A stretch of 63,495 nt of DNA, the filler included, from Deltaproteobacteria bacterium (GTDB lineage Bacteria > JAEEML01), in NCBI GenBank assembly GCA_016283195.1. It is 7 parts of 7 records of this genome, joined end to end, with 100 filler letters (N's around TTAATTAATTAA, not from the genome) between each part and the next. Parts side by side here need not be neighbours in the genome. Positions count along the whole stretch, not along the records: positions 42,623 to 57,673 come from JAEEML010000161.1; positions 57,774 to 60,323 come from JAEEML010000171.1; positions 60,424 to 63,495 come from JAEEML010000180.1; 4 more parts are not named here. One strand, 5' to 3'. The notes under the pieces are model-generated. The model searched no databases, had not been told where the DNA came from, and saw nothing but the letters and a program-made list of their open reading frames with translations. The translations under genes and the position numbers were made by a program. Below are positions 57,060 to 63,495 of the stretch, in pieces. The first letter of the stretch is position 1. Each line of letters begins with the position of its first letter.

Positions 57060-57673
57060 ATGAATAAGCAATTAAAGAGAGCTCTGACAATGTTCCTGGC
57101 TGGTGCCCTTTTAGGCACGCCGGTGGCTAAGGCTCAAGACACAGGTGCTACAATCACTGTGCCTATGACCCTTACGCACCAAGGTTTAATCCGCAACAAG
57201 GACGGTGCCCTTATAAATGGTACGCACACCATTAAAGCTACCATTTATAATGCCAGCGCCAATCCGCCGCAAGCTATTGCCGCTGGTGAACTCACCGATT
57301 ACGAAGTGGTTAATGGCTATTATGACCTTGGCATTGAAGTAACGCGCGATCAGCTCATTGCCGCCGGCGATAAGCTGGAGCTGGAGCTGGTTATCGACGG
57401 CGAAATAATGAACCGCAAATTGCCTGTCAGCGCGGTGCCTTTTGCTATTTTGGCCGACACTGCCGATACAGCTTTAAATGTTGATTGTGCCGGCTGTATT
57501 GGTGAAGGCAACTTGTCTGCCGAGATAGTCAGCGCCATTAATAGCTTTGCCACAACAAGCTCTGTATCAGATACTTATGCCACCAAGGCCATGGTAAATG
57601 CTATTAAATATGCTGCTTCCGATTCAGTCGGCGGCGCAGCCACTAAAGCCAATAAAATTAATACTTCCGCGGC
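57060..57673 (+). CDS. Secreted fibre/adhesin-like protein, copy B (3' truncated)
   Basis: Paralogue of 22064-22671; last 141 nt identical. Confidence 0.7.
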
Positions 57674-57773
57674 NNNNNNNNNNNNNNNNNNNNNNNNNNN
57701 NNNNNNNNNNNNNNNNNTTAATTAATTAANNNNNNNNNNNNNNNNNNNNNNNNNNNNNNNNNNNNNNNNNNNN
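57674..57773. other. Artificial contig linker
   Basis: N44-TTAATTAATTAA-N44. Confidence 0.98.
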
Positions 57774-58264
57774 GCCATGGCAATGCGCCCATAGTGGACA
57801 TTTAATTTAGCATTTAAGAGGTTTTGATTGCGCTCCACTCCGGCGGGCAGCACCATTTTGTTATAAAAGGCTTTATTACCCATGGCCACCGGCCGAAAGC
57901 GGATATCGCTCTGAATGCGGCCGGAAAAATCTATTTCGAGCTTATCTATTCTGGTATCAAAGGCCGATATTTCTTCCATCATGGCGCTATCGCCGCTATC
58001 GCCGCTGCTTTCGCTATCCATCGCCATCGCCATAGCCAGGAGCGGGTCATTGGCCAGGGCGTCATCGGGATTATCACTGGAAATTTCTTCAATATTTTCG
58101 CTTAGGCTATCCGTAGCGTCGCTTGCGCTATCGGAAGCGGCACTTTCGCTGGCAGCGTCGGCGGCACCTGCGGCTATATCACTTTGGGCATCGGCACTTT
58201 GTGCTATAGCCGGTACTGAGAAACATAAAAGAGATAGTACTAAAGTAGCGAATGGTTTTTTCAT
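57774..58264 (-). CDS. Secreted, probable outer-membrane beta-barrel protein (3' truncated)
   Basis: Signal peptide AIA-Q, acidic linker, amphipathic strand IDFSGRIQSDIRF. Confidence 0.55.
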
Positions 58265-58293
58265 TTTTTAATATTCTCCAAGTCTTAAGGGGG

Positions 58294-58500
58294 CTATTTT
58301 ACGGGGAAAACCAAATAGGCGGTGATGTAAAAAAGGATAGAGCAAACTAAGAGCACGGCCGGTATAAACATATTCTCGGCCAGAGATGAAGCCAGAGCTT
58401 TTTCTTTTTGGCCATTTTTAACAAGTTTTTCCGCGCGCAAATTCATAGCGACAATCAAAGCACAGGCACAAGCGGGAATAAGTAGCATTAAAAAAGTCAT
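58294..58500 (-). CDS. Small two-TM membrane protein
   Basis: Two hydrophobic stretches; ATGA overlap with the upstream gene; GGAGG RBS. Confidence 0.6.
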   Translation of the reverse strand: MTFLMLLIPACACALIVAMNLRAEKLVKNGQKEKALASSLAENMFIPAVLLVCSILFYITAYLVFPVK

Positions 58501-59000
58501 ATATTGTCCTCCTGGTTCAGCTGTTCGGAGGAGTCCGGCTGGGTGCTTGTTTCCTCTTCCAGCTTGAAATCGGTAAAGAGCTCGTCATAGAAGGCGCCGG
58601 TGCCGCCTTGCAGTTGCCAGGTAGTACCATTCTTTACCCACACAGTTGTAGCAGATTTTTTTATCAAATTGTTGCGCGGTAATTGGTAATAGATAAAACG
58701 CATTCTGGCAGTGGCTTTGGTGTTTTCTTCGCTTAGAATTACCGAATAGATGTTAAGTTCCCTAATGCCCAGATCTTCTACCAGATCATCGCATTTTTCC
58801 ATAAAGGCACCCTGCTCGAGCGGCACCACCATAGGTGCAGCCATGTGGCAACGCTTCCAGCGAATATGCTGATTAAACTGGGTGATGGTGTCCCTGATAT
58901 CTTCCATGCGCATTTTGGCGGCACTGGCGGCGCAACCGGCGATTATAACTGTCAAAATTGCCGATAAAAAGGTAACGACGATGCAACTATTTGTTTTCAT
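58497..59000 (-). CDS. Lipoprotein (NTF2-like fold possible)
   Basis: Lipobox IAGC; FNQHIRW...TTVW...TWQL. Confidence 0.7.
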   Translation of the reverse strand: MKTNSCIVVTFLSAILTVIIAGCAASAAKMRMEDIRDTITQFNQHIRWKRCHMAAPMVVPLEQGAFMEKCDDLVEDLGIRELNIYSVILSEENTKATARMRFIYYQLPRNNLIKKSATTVWVKNGTTWQLQGGTGAFYDELFTDFKLEEETSTQPDSSEQLNQEDNI

Positions 59001-59015
59001 GGCTTATTTACTGGC

Positions 59016-59438
59016 TTATTTGGCGGCTAAAAGTGACTCGGCGTAAAAGGGGAGAGGCAAAAGTTCGCTTAAAGTATGCTCTTCGGTAACGCCGTCTTTA
59101 TTTACCAGAACTATTGGAAAATCAATGGCAAATTCACTAAGAACCTGGCGGCAGGCGCCGCAGGGACTGGCAAAGCCCTCGGTGTCGCTGGCAATGGCCA
59201 GGCCTACAATATCGCCCGGTTTGGCGCCGTCCATGATGGCTCTAAAAGTAGCTACGCGCTCGGCGCACATGGTGAGGCCATAGGAGCGATTTTCAATATT
59301 GGCTCCTTGGTATATTTTGCCGCTTTTAGTTTTTATAGCTGCTCCCACGCGGAATTTTGAATAAGGGCTATATGAAAAATCACGGGCTTTTAGAGCTTCA
59401 CTAACCAGTTCTTGCAATTCTTTTGATAGATTATTCAT
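59016..59438 (-). CDS. cdd: Cytidine deaminase
   Basis: YSPYSKFRVGAA, GANIEN, CAER, PCGACRQ, LLP. Start placed at ATG 59438. Confidence 0.95.
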   Translation of the reverse strand: MNNLSKELQELVSEALKARDFSYSPYSKFRVGAAIKTKSGKIYQGANIENRSYGLTMCAERVATFRAIMDGAKPGDIVGLAIASDTEGFASPCGACRQVLSEFAIDFPIVLVNKDGVTEEHTLSELLPLPFYAESLLAAK

Positions 59439-60037
59439 GATTCCTCCCTGCGGGCACCGAGCCCGACGACAAAAATTTCGCGGGAACAAGAACGCGTAGC
59501 TTTGGGGCGCAGTAATTTAACGGAAGTAAAATGTTCTCTGGCATATTTGATGAGGCTTGGGGTGTCCTCGCCTTCAAAAACCTTAAAAGCGCAGTTATGG
59601 CCGCTTTTTAAAATAGCCTGAGCTATTTCCAAAACGCGCATGGAGAGCTCGTGCGAACGGGCAGCATCGCTAAAGCGGTCACCGGTGGTGGAGGGCGCCA
59701 TATCGCTTAAAACCAAATCCACATCCTGTGGAAAACTCTCTATTGGCGCGAGAAGGACATCTTTTATTTCAAAGGTGACAGTAGCGGGCATGGCACTGCG
59801 CAGCGGCTGAATATCATAAGAAAAAAGCTGGCCGCTGAGGCCGATTTTTTGCGCAATGTAGAGAGACCAGGAGCCGGGAGCGGCGCCGAGATCCACCACT
59901 TTTTGCCCGGGGGCTAAAAGATGAAAGCGCTGATCCAGTTCTTCCAGTTTATAAATAGAACGGGCCGGCATGCCCTCTTTACGGGCTTTTTCGTTGTAAT
60001 AATCGCCTTTACTGTAACTTTCTTTGGCCAAGGTCAC
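59435..60037 (-). CDS. rlmE: 23S rRNA Um2552 methyltransferase (FtsJ)
   Basis: ARSIYKLEE, DLGAAPGSW, SDMAP, KVFEG, PKATR..SRE. Confidence 0.93.
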   Translation of the reverse strand: MTLAKESYSKGDYYNEKARKEGMPARSIYKLEELDQRFHLLAPGQKVVDLGAAPGSWSLYIAQKIGLSGQLFSYDIQPLRSAMPATVTFEIKDVLLAPIESFPQDVDLVLSDMAPSTTGDRFSDAARSHELSMRVLEIAQAILKSGHNCAFKVFEGEDTPSLIKYAREHFTSVKLLRPKATRSCSREIFVVGLGARREES

Positions 60038-60323
60038 TTCCTCCGAAGTTTTTTGCCGGTTACCTGCGTTTTACCTAAACGCTAGGCAGGTTTATATGAT
60101 CTGCCGGCAATGTGCAAGGAGTAAAAGTGCTTGAAAGTAAATTTTGTGGCCGCTTTTTTTTAGGGGAGCGGATGGGCGAGAAAATAGAGTTTGACCTTAG
60201 TTCATATTGCTCATAAGCGCGCTAGAGGTTATTTATTAATCTCCGTAAACGACAAAGGATATTGTATTACCCAATGTGGAATATATATTAGGACACGCAC
60301 TTTGGCATGCTGCTAAAGCTTCC

Positions 60324-60423
60324 NNNNNNNNNNNNNNNNNNNNNNNNNNNNNNNNNNNNNNNNNNNNTTAATTAATTAANNNNNNNNNNNNNNNNNNNNN
60401 NNNNNNNNNNNNNNNNNNNNNNN
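60324..60423. other. Artificial contig linker
   Basis: N44-TTAATTAATTAA-N44. Confidence 0.98.
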
Positions 60424-60861
60424 AATGTCAGGAAAAATTGCCGGGTTACGCGCCTTGGTATCAATGAGTTTTAAATCTTTGACCATGTGCAATGTGCCTT
60501 GCTTATAGGTTTTAAAATGGTCTGTTCTTAGATGATTTTGATATGCTTCCTGGCTGGCATATATTTCCAAAATGCGAATTTTTGTCGGATCATCTTTGAG
60601 CTGCAAGGGGATTAAACTAATTACGCCAGGCTCTTTTTTGATAGAAGCGCTACCAATAGCATTTGCGGCTTTAATATATTCTTCAAGATACTGCGGATAA
60701 ACCTCAATTTCTGCTATCCTAAAGATCATTTGGCTTGCATCTTCTTGATTAAAAAAGAGTTTTTGCTCGCTCATGCTTTTTGCGCAGGCTGGGAACATCA
60801 TGGTTATTATCCCTATATATAAATATAGTAACTGCTTTTTGCTTCTAGCTGCTTTCATCAA
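60424..60861 (-). CDS. ABM-family putative quinol monooxygenase with N-terminal signal-like segment (3' end at contig edge)
   Basis: EPGV...DPTKIRILEIYASQEAYQNHLRTDHFK. Confidence 0.82.
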
Positions 60862-60870
60862 AATGCCTCT

Positions 60871-61953
60871 TTAATTTAGCTTTAAGCTGTCCACCCATTC
60901 TTCTACTGTTGCCTGAGCTGTGCCGGCGGCAAATCTCTTTCCAGGAAGCCAGCCAGCCGCTATCGCTGCTGTTTTTAAATTTACGGCGCTTGAACCGATG
61001 GGGCTGCTGCCGGAGGTGACAAAAGGTACAACAGTAGCGCCCTTTTTAAGGGTGACGCTCTCTAAAAATGTGTACATAATTTTGGGCGCCTCGCCCCACC
61101 AAATAGGATAACCTAAATAAATGATGTCATATTGTTCGATATTCTCTATGCCTGAAGCCATGGCCGGGCGGGCATTTGGATCATTCTGCTCTTTTGAGGT
61201 GCGGCTATCACTATTATTATAATTGATATCCTCAGCTGTATATGGTGTTTGGGGCACAATCTCAAAGAGGGTGGCAGCGGTGTGTTTGGCAATGTGCTTA
61301 GCAATGGCCTCGGTATTTTTGGTAACGGAGAAATAGGCCACCAGCGTTTTCTTGGCGCTGGGCTCAGGCTGCGTTTCGGCGGCTAAAGACAAATATAGCG
61401 TTACATTATCTTTATCCAGCAAGGCTTTAAGCTCGGCTTCCGTTTTATCCGTGACTTTGCCCAGGCGGGTATAGCTCCAGGAATTGGAGCCAAAGAAAAT
61501 AACGATTTTATCGCCGGAATAGAGTACAATATCCCCTGGCGCTGTCGTGGTTTGGCTATCGTTTCGCGGTAAAGCCTGGCCTAAATCCCCCACCTGCTCA
61601 AAGCCGCCATAGCGCGACATATTTACTGTAATTACCGAGGCTTTGGCCATTTCTTTGAGCGCTTTTACCGCCTCGTTGTCTTCCCACTCTACATTAATAA
61701 TTGTGTCATCAATTTTGGCTTGCAAGATAGTTACCTCCTCATTAGCCGGCGTTTTATTCGTTTCATCGCTACTTGTATCTGACGCCGTAGCCGCATCATC
61801 GTTTTTTGGCTGCGAAGCATTAGCCGGTGCGTTATCTTTTGCTCCTGAACTAGTGCTTGGTGACGCAGAAGCATTGGTCACTTTGGTTCCCTCAGCACAG
61901 CCAAAGGCTAAAAAGAGCGCTAAAAATGTTACTGGCAGAAATTTGGCTTTCAT
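60871..61953 (-). CDS. Lipoprotein: cyclophilin-like fold domain fused to flavodoxin
   Basis: Lipobox AFGC; YGGFEQVG.LG...PGDIVLYSG...YTRLG; LVAYFSVTKNT...LGYPIWWG...PFVTSGSS. Confidence 0.85.
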   Translation of the reverse strand: MKAKFLPVTFLALFLAFGCAEGTKVTNASASPSTSSGAKDNAPANASQPKNDDAATASDTSSDETNKTPANEEVTILQAKIDDTIINVEWEDNEAVKALKEMAKASVITVNMSRYGGFEQVGDLGQALPRNDSQTTTAPGDIVLYSGDKIVIFFGSNSWSYTRLGKVTDKTEAELKALLDKDNVTLYLSLAAETQPEPSAKKTLVAYFSVTKNTEAIAKHIAKHTAATLFEIVPQTPYTAEDINYNNSDSRTSKEQNDPNARPAMASGIENIEQYDIIYLGYPIWWGEAPKIMYTFLESVTLKKGATVVPFVTSGSSPIGSSAVNLKTAAIAAGWLPGKRFAAGTAQATVEEWVDSLKLN

Positions 61954-61962
61954 CTTAACCTC

Positions 61963-62829
61963 CTACTTTAATTGGCTATATTCTGCATCGCTGACCACTT
62001 CGAGCCACTCGTTGCTGCTATTTTCACCGGGAATTTCCAGAGCCAAATGGGAAAACCAGCTATCAGCAGCCGCCCCGTGCCAGTGCTTGACACCCGCCGG
62101 AATATTGATGACTGTACCCGGTGTAATCATGATGGGCGCTTTGCCTGCTTCCTGGTACCAACCGCGCCCGCCGACCCCAATCAGCATCTGCCCACCGCCT
62201 TTAGTGGCATGATGAATATGCCAATTGTTGCGGCATCCAGGTTCAAAAGTTACATTAAATACCGGCACTTGGGATTTAGAAACCTGAGCCAGATAGCTTT
62301 TGCCGGTAAAATATTTGCCATAGGGATTGGGCTCGCCGATGGGGAAGAAGATGGAATTTTGATAACGGTCCTTGTCACTCGCCGCGGGCAGCTGCTCATT
62401 CCAAATATCTTTAGCCAGGCGGAAAACAGCCCAGCCCTTCGGCCAGCCGACGTACATAGTGGCATGGGTAATAATGGCGGCAATTTCTTCTTTGGTGACA
62501 CCATGCGCTTTGGCGTTTTGCAAATGATAAGTTAAGGAAGAATCCGTTATGCCGCTGGCCATCAAGGCCACCACGGTAATTATGCACTTGGTTTTGACAT
62601 CAATAGCGCTTTCGTTCCAAACTTCACCAAATAGTACATCATCGTTGAGGTGGGCAAACATTGGCGAAAACTCGCCGAGCTGCGCTCTGCCTGCGGTTTG
62701 GGTGATTCTCTCCGGCATCTTTTTTTCTCCTTGATTTTTGGGTTTTGCTTTAGCAAAAAGCGGCTGCGTGACACTTAAAAATGCCACAAAGGCCAATAAT
62801 ATAGCGCTGTTATTAAATTTTTTAGCCAT
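61963..62829 (-). CDS. Carboxymuconolactone decarboxylase family domain fused to cupin
   Basis: NDDVLFGEVW...YVGWPKGW; NVTFEPGCRNNWHIH...KHWHGA. Confidence 0.88.
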   Translation of the reverse strand: MAKKFNNSAILLAFVAFLSVTQPLFAKAKPKNQGEKKMPERITQTAGRAQLGEFSPMFAHLNDDVLFGEVWNESAIDVKTKCIITVVALMASGITDSSLTYHLQNAKAHGVTKEEIAAIITHATMYVGWPKGWAVFRLAKDIWNEQLPAASDKDRYQNSIFFPIGEPNPYGKYFTGKSYLAQVSKSQVPVFNVTFEPGCRNNWHIHHATKGGGQMLIGVGGRGWYQEAGKAPIMITPGTVINIPAGVKHWHGAAADSWFSHLALEIPGENSSNEWLEVVSDAEYSQLK

Positions 62830-63460
62830 TTTCTTCTCCTTCTTTGGCCAGCAAAATTTTTATTGCCCGGTAGGTGATTTCATAAACCGATTGATAGATA
62901 AAATCTACTCCGGCTTCCTGCATGGCCTTTTTTTGTTTTTCGGTGACGGTGGTATAAGGATAAATGCCGAACATAAAAGGGAAAAAGATATATATAAACT
63001 GCTTTGTCTTGCCTTCAGTAAAACCGGGGAAGAATTTTTTCAGGCACTCACTGATAAGAGCCATGGAGCGGCCATAGGCTTCTTTAAATTCCAGGAGCAT
63101 TTCCGGGCGGCTGTTTTCCTCCATATCAAAATGATTCATCGACATGAGTTTTAGGAGAAATGGCCGATTTTGCAGCGATTTTGCCAAGACGTCAGCAAAT
63201 TCATCTGCCCTTATTTCGCTTTCCCGGTGCAATATTGTTTCCAATTCGGCGCACCAGAGCTGATACTCCTGGCAGTGCATCGCCAGAAATATCTCTTCTT
63301 TGGTCTCAAAATAATTGTAGATTGAGGTGCGGGTAAAAGTGGTGGCCGCGCCAATATCCTTAATAGTGATTTCCCGGAAGGATTTAGTCTGATAGAGCTG
63401 CCGGCAAGCGGCGATAATTTCGTTTTTGCGGGCCATGGTGAGTTCACTTACTGAATTCAT
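62822..63460 (-). CDS. TetR/AcrR family transcriptional regulator
   Basis: ITIKDIG...TRTSIYNYFETKEEIF HTH. Confidence 0.92.
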   Translation of the reverse strand: MNSVSELTMARKNEIIAACRQLYQTKSFREITIKDIGAATTFTRTSIYNYFETKEEIFLAMHCQEYQLWCAELETILHRESEIRADEFADVLAKSLQNRPFLLKLMSMNHFDMEENSRPEMLLEFKEAYGRSMALISECLKKFFPGFTEGKTKQFIYIFFPFMFGIYPYTTVTEKQKKAMQEAGVDFIYQSVYEITYRAIKILLAKEGEENG

Positions 63461-63479
63461 AAAGAGCTCCGTTTGCTTA

Positions 63480-63494
63480 CTGACACCGTGTCAG
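63480..63494. promoter_or_regulatory. Putative TetR operator
   Basis: Perfect palindrome ctgacac-c-gtgtcag 20 nt upstream of the TetR start. Confidence 0.55.
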
Positions 63495-63495
63495 C

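Noticed and set aside
60040-60323. Possible tRNA or riboswitch in the non-coding contig end
   Set aside because: Only short hairpins. No cloverleaf or recognisable aptamer; no tRNA or rRNA was recognised anywhere in the window.

Overview
This window is seven unrelated contigs joined by 100-nt artificial linkers (N44-TTAATTAATTAA-N44), so gene order across the linkers is meaningless. The core genes point to a moderate-GC Myxococcota/deltaproteobacterial genome: a CglD-like TSP3/VWA lipoprotein, GYF_2-AgmX and FHA-FHA-TPR proteins, a RomY-like protein, parA-parB-bactofilin, a TIGR04563 small protein, and a cheA-cheW-cheW-HEAT-cheR-cheB cluster. Housekeeping genes include dusB, mfd, purU, aroK, hslO, xseA, acpP, glyA, cdd and rlmE. 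Contig 1 (1-12992) is accessory. It carries a feoABC operon and a convergent methyltransferase/MBL-HMA pair that share a TTAG-N6-CTAA box. It also has a decayed array of AlbA_2, KilA-N, YhcG and R-M fragments punctuated by a repeated promoter-like element, two Flavo-1-like structured elements each followed by a sigma70 promoter, toxin-antitoxin genes and an attC-like site. The most interesting candidate system is a two-copy operon encoding a Cys-rich lipoprotein and a secreted fibre-like protein with a phage tail-fibre-like motif. One copy has a poly(A)15 tract filling its -35/-10 spacer (candidate phase variation), the other has an ordinary promoter, and both contigs break at the same base after exactly 141 identical nt. 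All family assignments come from motif recognition by eye, not database searches.
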